64,000 bases of DNA from an uncultured Chloroflexia bacterium (GTDB lineage: Bacteria > Chloroflexota > UBA6077 > JACCZL01): NCBI GenBank assembly GCA_963765765.1, contig CAVXYC010000015.1, positions 480,001 to 544,000 on the forward strand. The letters run 5' to 3'. Position 1 is the first letter of the stretch. Each line of letters opens with the position of its first letter. Below the pieces are notes generated by a model that had not been told where the DNA came from, did not search any database, and was given only the letters and a program-made list of their open reading frames with translations. Positions 50,024 through 59,970 of the stretch are shown piece by piece. Position numbers and translations under genes: made by a program.

Positions 50024-51430
50024 ATGAACGAGACACAGCAGCTCGCGGACTACGTGACAAACCTCGAGTACGGGGAATTACCCCCACGGGTGATTGCCGC
50101 TGCGAAACTCGCCATCCGCGACAGCATTGGTGTGACACTGTTTGCAAGTCGTCTGGAGTGGTCCCAGATCGCCGCTGAGGTTGCTCAAGAGATAGGTGGA
50201 CGCGGGCGTTCGACAGTGTGGGGTCATGAGTGGAAGACAACTCCGTCCGCGGCGGCCATGGCGAATGGCACCGCCGCCGCGGGGATCGAGCTGGATGACC
50301 GCAGCAGCGGCCTGGACGTCCACAACGGCGGCTCGGTGGTTCCGGCGGCGATCGCGGTGGCGGAACAGGTGGTTGCGAGTGGGGCTGATCTCATCCTGGC
50401 GGTCGTGTGTGGCTACGAGGTGGCCAACCGACTCGCCCGCGCCACCCGAATGCGCATGCGCGAGCGCTTTTACCCCAGCAGTATCAGGAACATCTTTGGG
50501 GTGACCACGGCGGCGGCGAAGCTTCTTGGACTGAACCAGCAGCAACTGGTCCATGCTCTCGGGATCACGGGAAGTATGGCTGCTGGGCTGCAAGAGCACA
50601 CGCAGGATCCCTACGGGACCATGGTGAAGCGCCTGCAAGGGGGCGGTTGGCCAGCGCATGGCGGAGTTCTTGCTGCAACCCTTGCGTCCAAAGGATTCAC
50701 CGGCCCAGCTACGGTTTTAGAAGGAAAGCACGGGATTTGTCGCACATTCTGTACGGACGAAGAGCCGGACATCTCTGCGCTCGTTCAGGGGCTCGGTGAC
50801 GCCTTTGAAATTCTCCAATGGGAGCCCAAGCTCTACTCAGCATGGGGTGGTGGTCATACCAGCATCGATGCGGTGAATGAGCTTCGGTCCGCACATGGCA
50901 TCCGGGCGGAGCAGGTCGACCGTATTGCGCTGGGCATTGGAGGCAAGTACTTTGACAATGCCTTCAAGGTCGCTCCGCAATCAGTCCTGGCTATGCAGCA
51001 TCACATGCCTTATGTGATTGCGACGGCCTTTTTCTACAACTTCTGTGACCCATCCATCTGGGAAGACTCAATACTGGACGATCCGCGGATCGCGGCGTTG
51101 GCCGCCCGAATCGAGGTTCACCTCGACGAGGAGATGACCGAAAGCCAGCGTGTGAACAACGACTCGGGCGGAGTGAAGATGACCCTGGCACTCCAGGACG
51201 GGCGGGAGGTAAGCGCCACGGTCCTGTCGCGCAAGGGCACACTGAAGAATCCGCTATCCGCGTTGGAGCTCGAGGGGAAGTTTCGATTACTGAGTGAGTA
51301 CGCCCTTCCAGCACTTCAGGCCGAAGGGCTCCGAGATCTGCTCGACAACCTCGAGAAGCAAGAAGCTCCACTGGACTTCGGGCCCTGGGCAGGAAAGGTT
51401 CAGCATAGGCGTGAAGTGAGCACGATCTGA
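50024..51430 (+). CDS. MmgE/PrpD family protein
   Basis: RDSIGV, ANGTAA..IELDD, GYEV, GFTGP.TVLEG.HG, KG...NP...ELEGKF. Confidence 0.92.
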   Translation: MNETQQLADYVTNLEYGELPPRVIAAAKLAIRDSIGVTLFASRLEWSQIAAEVAQEIGGRGRSTVWGHEWKTTPSAAAMANGTAAAGIELDDRSSGLDVHNGGSVVPAAIAVAEQVVASGADLILAVVCGYEVANRLARATRMRMRERFYPSSIRNIFGVTTAAAKLLGLNQQQLVHALGITGSMAAGLQEHTQDPYGTMVKRLQGGGWPAHGGVLAATLASKGFTGPATVLEGKHGICRTFCTDEEPDISALVQGLGDAFEILQWEPKLYSAWGGGHTSIDAVNELRSAHGIRAEQVDRIALGIGGKYFDNAFKVAPQSVLAMQHHMPYVIATAFFYNFCDPSIWEDSILDDPRIAALAARIEVHLDEEMTESQRVNNDSGGVKMTLALQDGREVSATVLSRKGTLKNPLSALELEGKFRLLSEYALPALQAEGLRDLLDNLEKQEAPLDFGPWAGKVQHRREVSTI

Positions 51431-51809
51431 GGATAAGAGTGTCCTTCGGCCTTGAGTATTCCAGTCCGGGGCAGAAAGACGTGAATCGAACTCGCGCCCT
51501 TTCCGCAGCAAGAACTTAGTTGATGGAGTCGCAGCCGACGGCCCTTGCATCGAGGGCGGCGCCTGGTCGATCCGAACCCGCATACCGACGTGAGCAGATA
51601 CATGCCTGTTCGTCTAATTAATCAACGGGCTCGTGTGAGAACTGGTACGCGATGGATCGAGTGCCAGGAATACGGGAGATACACCATGAATCCAGCAATT
51701 TCCGGGCACCGCATTCGGCAGGTTCTTGGCCTCGTTTCAACTGGCGGGGTCGCGGCCATTTGCTCACCACCAGCCCGGGTCGCCGCCATCCGTAAGGCGA
51801 GGAGTTGTA

Positions 51810-53258
51810 ATGGTTGATGCGACCCGGAATACGGAGAACGGAAACACGGGCGAAACTGTAGAGTTAGCCGGCTTTATTGCCCGGACTCCGCTTTGACGAT
51901 CTGCCTCCTGGGGTTGTGTCCAACGCCAAACTGGCAATTCGCGACACGATCGGCGTTGCACTATTTGCCAGTGGCCTTCCCTGGTCACGCATCGCATTCG
52001 AGTTTGCGAAGGAGTCTGGCGGCGATGGTCGTGTCAGCCTCTGGGGCTCAGACGCCAGAACTACCGCGCCGTCCGCCGCGCTCGCGAACGGTACGGCCGC
52101 TCATGGCATTGAGATGGACGATCGGAGTCACGATCTGGACATCCACAACGGGGCACCGACAGTGCCGGCCGCCGTGGCTCTGGCTGAGCACGCCGGCCGC
52201 AGTGGTAAAGATCTCATTCTGGCCGTTGCCTGCGGCTACGAAGTGGGCTTCCGAATGGCGCGAGCGACCCAGCGTGGCATTGACCGCTTCTATTGGGTAA
52301 GTATTCGCAGCATTTTCGGTGCAACGGCCGCCGCGGCCAAGGTGCTGGGTCTTGATCAGTGGTCCACGGTCAATGCGTTTGGTATTGCTGGCTACATGGC
52401 ATCGGGGCTGTGGGAGCATACCCATGACCCGCACGGCACCATGATCAAACGAATGCAAGGCGGCGGCTGGCCGGCAAACTGTGCCGTAACTGCCGCGCTG
52501 TTGGCGCAGAAGGGCTTCACAGGCCCGTCCTCCATTCTGGAAGGGGAAAATGGGGTGTGCCGTTCCTTCTGCACCGCCGGAGAGCCGGATATTGGTGCCC
52601 TGGTCCGGGGACTGGGTCAGGGTTTTGAAATGGCCCACTGGGAGACAAAATACTACTCCGCGCGGGGACAGCTGAGCAGTACCATTGAGGCCGTTGGACG
52701 CCTTCAAGGAGGGCTATGGAATGAGTCCGGCCAGCATCAAGCAGATCGTGGTTGGTTGCTCACGTCAGATGATCATGCGCACTGCAGCCTGGAAACCTGA
52801 CTCCGCCTCCGCCGCCCAGCACAATATTCCGTTTGTGACCGCAGCCGCGTTCTTCTTTGATCTCCGAGATCCTAGTGTTTGGCAAGAGAGCATTGTTGAA
52901 GACGCGCGGATCAAGGAGCTGATGGCTCGAACCACTGTTGAGGTGGATTCTGAGATCAATCATCTTTCTGAAAGGCTGGAGAGCGCCGGTACTCCGCATT
53001 ACGGTGGAGCTTGAGAATGGCTCGACCGTGGCCTGTTGGGTGCGTTACGACAAAGGCGCGGTGGAGAACCCCATCACCTGCGACGATGTGGATGCCAAGT
53101 TTCGGTTGCTGACTGGCAAGGTACTACCGGCGGACCGGGTAGAGAAGCTGGGTGGCTTTTTGGATGCGCTAGATCAGCATGAAGGGCCACTCAGCCTTCA
53201 CGGCCTGGTGAGTCTCGGCAACACTTCCGCAACGCGGGCGAAAACGACTGATGCCTGA
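51810..53258 (+). CDS. MmgE/PrpD family protein 2 (frameshifts near 51880, 52705, 53000)
   Basis: GAGGAG RBS; NGTAAHGIEMDD, GFTGPSSILEG, AQHNIPFVTA, KG..ENP. Confidence 0.8.
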
Positions 53259-53589
53259 CACCAACGTGTTGGGGGTTTCCTGGGGCCCGCGATATTAGCC
53301 GCACTTGTCGCGCCACTCTTTAGTGGAAAAGATACGGCCCCAGAGGAACATTCGTCCGAATCGCCGCTCAAGATGCCTACGACCAGATCAGTAGGTGGCT
53401 GTAGAATTTCTGCACTCCAGAGGCAAGACACTTTCTGGAAAGATGAGCGGCCAGACTATAAGGTGAGGACTCTAAGTTGAACTCCCTGAGTCTGGCCTGA
53501 CTTGATCCTCGGCAGTATGCGTCGGCATGACCCTTTGGATGTTAAGCGTCATACCCTCAGGCAGGAACGTGCAAGGCGAAGCTCTATCG

Positions 53590-54295
53590 AGGCAGAGAAT
53601 TCTAAACTCGTCTAAGAAGGGGAGCCAGATATCAGATCGGGCCGTTGGGAGTCGCTCCCGGGGCTATTTTCTTGCTCTCGCTGCACGCCTGAACGTTCTT
53701 TTCCAGATCAAATCGAACGGTTGACGAAAGCTCGGCGTCAACAATCCCGTCCTTCCAGGCGCAGTTCGAAAGTACAATAGTTGAGCAGCTTGCGTTTTTC
53801 GGTTGATGGCTGCTGGGCATAGAGCGCCTGTGCTCGGTTGACTAGCGAGAGTAGCTCCACTCCGGTGGTGAAGTACTTCCCGTTCGCGTGCTGGTGACTC
53901 TCCAATGCACGCGTAACACGAGCCTGTTCCGAACGCCACTCGACGCTCAGTCGTTCGAACGTCTCGAAGTCAATCCGGCCATCGAGCTTGTCGACATACA
54001 TGGCGTCCAGCCGTCGCTGGAGTCCCGCGTGTTCCTCCTGAAGATGTCGAATCGCAGCGTCGTGAAAGCGCCGCTCATCCTCGTGACTCGAACGCAGCGC
54101 ATCCTGCAGCCAGCCGAGGATCTCGGAATCGATCCGTAGTTCGCCGAGGATCTCACTGAAACACTCATCCAGAACTTCCTCGCCGTACGTACGGTTCGCT
54201 GCACTTCCCGCGAAAGCCGGTGAGTGGTAGTAGACATAGCGTTCCCTTTTGATCTGGGCGCTGAGCGAGCAGCCGCAATGTCCGCACACCAGGGG
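53590..54295 (-). pseudogene. Large serine recombinase remnant (zinc ribbon, coiled coil and C-terminus; catalytic domain missing)
   Basis: CGHCGCSLSAQIKRERYVYYH, YVDKLDGRID, EKRKLLN, FRQPFDLI, IWLPFLDEFR. Confidence 0.85.
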
Positions 54296-54591
54296 GCCAC
54301 GGGGTCGCTACGCGCGCGTCGGTGACCTGTCTCCGTCAATTGAGTGGGAGGGATTCTACCGCGGGGCCGGGATCTGTCAAGCCCGCGGAACAGGATTGAC
54401 GCAAGAGGCGTTCGGATGGCGCAACGGATTCTCGTTAGGTGAGCGGCCGAGCACATTAATGCCATTCAGCACGACCCCGATCGCCATCCGCAGCGCGTCC
54501 CATCGCGCGTCCAAATCGCCGTCGCCCGTCACGGACACCCGGTCCCCGCACCGACCCGCCTAAAAAGATCGGCGAGGCGACTGCGCGGAGC

Positions 54592-55484
54592 TTAGCCCAG
54601 ACGGGCTATCCAGCCCTCGACCTCGTCCCGATCGGGCGCATCGGGCGCCAGCGCCAGGTAGGCTCGGAAGTCTTCCGCCGCGTTGGCATTCCGATCGGCG
54701 GCGACGAAGACCCGCCCCCTGGCCAGGTAGGCTTGCGCGGTCCAACGATCGGGAACCGAGCCATCCGCGATCACTAGGCTCAAGTCGTCGTGCGCCAGCT
54801 GAAGCTGCTTCAGCCAGAGGTAGGCTACGCCCCGGCCAACTCTTGACGGACGATCTTGCGGCATCAGCGCCAGGGCCCGAGAATAGTCCGCGGCGGCCTG
54901 CTCGTATCTGCTCCTGCCGAATCAGGGTATCGGCCCGCCAGTAGTAGAAGTTTCCAGTGTCCGGTAACACCTGGATGGCCCGGGAGAGCAGCTCGAGCGC
55001 TCTGTCGTATCGGCCCTCGTCACGCTCCTTCATCGCCGACTCGAAGGCCGAACGGGCATACCATGTAGCCAGCGGCACCGGCGTGGTCCCGGCCCAGGTC
55101 AGCAGACGCTGGTCCTCGGTGAAGAGGCCGATTGCCAGGCGCACCGTGCGGACGCCCGGCCGCGGAATATAGTCGATCTCCATATCGAGCTGGCCGGGGC
55201 CGGCGCTGACCGGATACTTCTCGCTGTTGTTCTGCTCCGCTGTTTGTTGCCTCGTTCTCGAAATAGAAGAGAAGTAGATAGCCGCGCTGGGCGCTCTCGA
55301 GCTGATAGTCCAGGGCGGCTTTGAAACGGATGGGGCCGGGCGTCCCGGGCTCGACCTGGCCCGGCAAGACGCTCACCACCTCCAGGCGGTCTCCCGCGGC
55401 TTCCAATGGCGCGGCCATGGCGGTATCCGAGATACCGCCGAGCAGGACGGCTGCCAGGGCGCATGTGATAAAGGCCCGCAGCAT
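54592..55484 (-). CDS. Secreted TPR-repeat protein with beta-rich N-terminal domain (two frameshifts)
   Basis: Signal peptide MLRAFITCALAAVLLGG..AMA; TPRs GRYDRALELLSRAI, YYWRA, AAADYSRALAL, AAEDFRAYLALAPDAPDR. Confidence 0.8.
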
Positions 55485-58400
55485 CAGGTGATGAAGGCGC
55501 GCAGCATGATGAACAGCACAAAGCGCATCATCGCGAGGGTGCGGAGCGCGAGCATGGCGAACCACAACCGGTTCCGCCAGCCAACCGCGGCCATCAGTAT
55601 GGAGCCGAGTCCAATTGCTGCCGCTTCGGGGACGCCGACAACGCGCCGGATTGCCGACAAGTCGACATCGATTGGCAAGCGGGACTTCAGTACCAGGGCG
55701 GGCATGGGCAGGCTGGCCGGGCTTGGCGCGTGTGCCGCGAGATCGATATTGAAGGACGTGCCGGAGGCATTCGAGTACCTGCCCGGAAGAGAGCCCGCCA
55801 CCGCTCGGGGACCAAAAGCGCTCCCGACGGCAGGCCAGCGTGCGGCAGGGCCCTCAGTGCCAGCCGCGGTTAGGCCATGCTGCGCCGGGTATTGCACCAT
55901 CGAGCCCGCCTCCCTGGAGCCCTCAATAGAGGCGGGTCCAGAAGTGGGTCCCGCGGAAACCGAGCTGCTGCCGCGTGGAGCGTAAGTGCCCGGCATCGGC
56001 GGGAGACCCTGGTCCGGCCAGTGCGGTCCGATATCCAGGGTGATGATGGAGCCATCGATGGGTCGTGTGGCGACCTGGGCCGGCGCTGTGGCCGCGAGCG
56101 GGTCAACCCAGCCGACTGCGGGCTCCACGGCCACGCCGTCGATGCGTGCCCCAACGACCATCGCGTAGGCGGGGACGAGAGTGGGGATACGTGTACGTGT
56201 AGTACGTCTCGGCGAAGACGTCGTCAAGGAGGTACGCTTCAGGCAAGGGCACGTAGACGCCTGCATCAGCCGTGACGACGGTTCCAGTGGTGACCCCGGC
56301 CTCGTCCTGGCTCCCCCCCGTCCGCGGTCCACTGGTGGTCTCGGTGCCGGAATTGCTTCCGTTACCGACGGTCGTTCCGGTGCCGGGATCGCCGCTCGTG
56401 CCGGTACCGCCGGTTGTTCCGGTGCCGGGGTCGCTACCCGTACCGTTTCCGCCAGTTCCACCTCCGGTCCCACCCTCGCCCTCGGTTGGAGGGGGCGAGA
56501 TGTGGATCCGGCCAACGAAGGCATCGCCGCTGAGCGCGACCGACTCGCCATAGACCTGGACGACCTGGACGACATCGTTGCTGGCCGTCTTCGCGGTAGT
56601 GGCATCGTTCGTCGTGACCTGTGTGGACTCGCTGTTGGCGTCAATCACGCCCAGACCGCCGCTGACCGCTACGACCTGGTTACTGACAATCGTCACGTTG
56701 TCCTCGAAGCCGGTGGCGATGGCGCTCCCGACCTGCGCGTAGGTGGAGAGCCCGTAGTCCATGGGCTTGCCGGTGACCTTGTTCGTGCTGGGGTTGCTTG
56801 TCCCGAGACCGGTGACCTTGTTCGTGCTGGGGGCGGTTGCCGCGAGACCCGTGACCAGCGTGTCACTGGTCTGGAACGTCCCGGTCGCGGTCGAGACACC
56901 GCTCTGTGTGAGTTGACGGCCCTTATCAGTTCCGCCGACCGCCTGGACATCGCCGGTCTGAGCTTTGGCCTGGCCAAGGTTCTTGATATAGGTGATGAGG
57001 TCCACCACGACGCTGATGTCGGCGTAGTTTGTGCCCGATATATCGATGTCAACCAGGGCCGAAAGGTCCACGTCATTCGTAACGTGGAGGCCGGTCGCAT
57101 CGGCCGAGCCGCTGGTCGCGGACGAGAGGCTGCCCGACTGGGTGCTCAAAGCAGACTGGGTCGAGTGACCTTTCTGCCCCGTGGCCGCGGTGCTCGAGCT
57201 GCCGGTCGTTGTCAGGCTGCTCCCCCAGTTCACCAGGTCCACAATCGACTGCAGTGTGACGTCGATCGGCGAGTAGTTGTCGCCGTCCACCGAGACTGAT
57301 GCGGACGAGCTGAGATCGACCTGATTGGTCAGGTCAGCACCCGTGGTGGCGGCACTCCCACTCGTACTCGCGACGCTGTCTCCGCTGGACTTGCCCCCGC
57401 CGAGGGTCTTCAGCGCGGTGGCCATGCCGGACTGAGCCAGCGCATAGCCACGGTTGAGGATCTCGGTGATGGAGTTGTAAATCACTGTGATGTCGCCGAA
57501 GTTGTCCCCGCCGATGGTGATGCCAATGGTCGCATCGGTCGAGACGACGTTGAGCGCATTCACGCCTTCGGCTGTCGCGTCGCCGCTCGAGGCGCTGGTG
57601 AGGCTGCCGGATTGATTGCCGCCCGTGCCGTCTACCGATAGCGCGGACCCGGTGGTGACGCACGTGGTGCCGGCGCACGTGCCGGCGGTGTCGGCGCTCG
57701 CAGTGCCGCCGTTCATCTCCGATACCGTCTGGATCTGGCTGATGGACACCGGGTCGGATGAGCCACCGGGCAAGGCTTCGGTCGCCGAGAGGCTGTCCAC
57801 GACCGTCGTCTGCGTTGCTACACCGGTCTCGGCCATATCGGCGCTTGACGGGTCCGCCGTGGTCGTGCCCACGGTCGTCGGGTCGAGAGCCCAGCCGCCT
57901 GTTGTGGTAGTGAGCGAGGAGCCGGTTGCCGCTTCCGCGCCGGCTTCGTCGGTGATGTCCACGGTCTGTGACGACTGCACGTCAATCGTGCCGTGGTTCG
58001 TTCCTGCCACGTCGACCGAGATGGCCGCCGTGTTGGTGATGAGGTTGGTCGCCTTCACCCCTGTCGCCGTTGCGTCGCCCGTTGAAGAAATAACCTTCTG
58101 GGGTGATCGCGAGAGTTGCCTGTTGTTCGTCGTGCCGGTCAGGCTTGAGCCGGACACGGCGATCGCGGCGCCGGCATCGGCAATGACCGTGGTGCGACTG
58201 TTCTCGGCCGTGCTCTCAAGCGTGGCTTCCGCGACGTCCACCGATGACACCTGCGTATTGACGACGGTTGTGTCCACCTGGCCAGCCACCGCGCTGGCGT
58301 CGCCGCTGCTGGAGCCGATGACCGAGCCGGCGCTGTTCGCCGTAACAAGTGGATCCGTGGTGGTTGGGGAAGCCACAGCGCCAGTGACCTCGCCCCTGGG

Positions 58401-59165
58401 CAGAGTTCCGGCGGCGGGCTGGCTGGCCAGGTCCACGGCGACGCTGGACGAGGTCACCGGAGTCGGCTCCGTGGTGACCGCCGTCGGCGACGCGATAGTG
58501 GGCGCCGCAGCTGATGTGGTTGCCGTTAAGGATGTGGTTGCCGTTAAGGATGTGGTTGGCGTGGACGACGTTGTCGGCGCAGAAGACGTTGCGGGCTTGG
58601 AGCTCGACGAGGTGCTCGAGCTGGACTTACTCGAGCTCGTGGGGGCGGGAGACGACTTCGACGACGTGCTCGTCGACGTTGTGCCGGACTTCGTATCGGT
58701 GGTACCCGATGTCGAGGTATTCGTCGAGGTTGTGCCGGACTTGGTGCCGGTGGTACTCGAGGTATTCGTCGACGTGGAGCCGGACTTGGTGTCAGTCGTG
58801 CCCGAGGTATTCGTCGAGGTCGTGCCGGACTTGGTGCTGGTGGTGGTACCCGAGGTGTTCGTCGAGGTCGTGCCGGACTTGGTGCTGGTGGTACCCGAGG
58901 TGTTCGTCGACGTACTGCCGGACTTCGTATTGCTGGTGCTAGACGAAGACGTGGACTTGTCGCTGGTTGTCGGGGACGACGTCTTCGTGGTGGGCGTCTT
59001 GCTCTTTTCCGCGAACGAGGTCGGCGCGGAAACTGGAAGAAGTGAAAAACTCAGGGCTATCGAGAGAGCCAACAGGAAATGCGCCGCGCGACTGAAGCGC
59101 TGAGCCCGTCCCTTGGTGCCGGCACGCCAGATATTGCTCAAAACGATCCTGCCCTTTCCAAGCAT
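55484..59165 (-). CDS. Very large secreted Ser/Thr-rich repeat protein with C-terminal membrane anchor (frameshift near 56175)
   Basis: Signal peptide (LLALSIALSFSLLPVSAPTSFA), TKSGTTSTNTS repeats, four internal repeats, Gly/Thr linker, and a VPEA plus hydrophobic tail in the frame of ORF 55484-56644. Confidence 0.75.
58661..58930 (-). repeat. Tandem coding repeats (about 42-48 nt) encoding TKSG(T/S)TSTNTS(G/S)TT
   Basis: Recurring gaggtattcgtcgaggtcgtgccggacttggtg units. Confidence 0.85.
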
Positions 59166-59286
59166 TTGCTGCCCCGGTTCCCGACGCACGAAGCGTTAGC
59201 CCGCTCCAGAACAGGGCCTTCCACGCTCGCGCGGCGGCTGACATCGGCGATCGGGGTACGGAATATTCCGGATTCGCACATTCCGC

Positions 59287-59814
59287 TCATCGGCTTCCTG
59301 CCAGGTTCACGCGAGTCTGACCGTTTTCGGAGACGATCTGTACCGAGATGCGTGCACCTGAGCTGGTCGAGATCGTCTGGTTAGTCGTCTGTCGGCCCGA
59401 CATTACGGAGCCTTGAGCGAGCGTGATCGTGAGGTCGGCACAGCCGTCCATCCCGGCCCGGAGTGTGGTCCCGTAGCTACGTCCGGCGATAAGCTGCGCG
59501 ATCGTTTGTTCGGTTTGTGGATCCGGTGTACCGCACAGACGAAACGTCGCCTCGTTACTGATCGGCCCGGCGGGTGGAGAGTCTAACTGCCCGCTCTCCG
59601 CTGGATCCTGCACTACCGCGTGGCACGGGCCGTCTCCTTCAATCTGCCTGGTGTCCGGACCATGGCTTGACATGATCAGCTCGCTCCTTTCGGAGCTCGC
59701 CGGATACTGAACCGATGGGACAGTTTCAGCCCCATCAGTTGGCAATGCTGGCCAGAGTGCGATTGATGCGAGAGCGAAACCCCAGGCAATTCTCTTACTC
59801 CTGATAATGTGCAC
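59287..59814 (-). CDS. Small exported hypothetical protein
   Basis: Signal-like RSKRIAWGFALASIALWPAL..GA; three Cys; beta-rich C-terminus; co-oriented within the cluster. Confidence 0.65.
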   Translation of the reverse strand: MHIIRSKRIAWGFALASIALWPALPTDGAETVPSVQYPASSERSELIMSSHGPDTRQIEGDGPCHAVVQDPAESGQLDSPPAGPISNEATFRLCGTPDPQTEQTIAQLIAGRSYGTTLRAGMDGCADLTITLAQGSVMSGRQTTNQTISTSSGARISVQIVSENGQTRVNLAGSR

Positions 59815-59855
59815 TGCCGGCTCTTGTGTGCATTGTCGGAAAACCACGGACGACT

Positions 59856-59914
59856 TAAAAACGTGGATGGGCTGACCGGCCGCCGACCTGCGGCGGCCGG
59901 TGCAGCCCATCCAC
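59856..59914 (-). terminator. Intrinsic terminator after the repeat-protein gene
   Basis: Long stem gtggatgggctg-accggccgccg / cggcggccggt-g-cagcccatccac, followed on the minus strand by TTTTT. Confidence 0.75.
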
Positions 59915-59970
59915 CTGTGTGACTAAATCGAGCGAAGCTCAGCAGCTACGCGTACTCCTTTCGGTCTCGG

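Larger units (their letters stand above)
45861..53634. mobile_element. Genomic island integrated at the tRNA-Asn 3' end
   Basis: Direct repeat GGGGAGCCA(A/G)ATATCA at 45852-45867 and 53619-53634; decayed cargo; adjacent serine recombinase remnant. Confidence 0.7.

Noticed and set aside
58510-58930. Regularly spaced repeats resembling a CRISPR array
   Set aside because: They are in-frame coding repeats with no unique spacers, and no cas genes are present.
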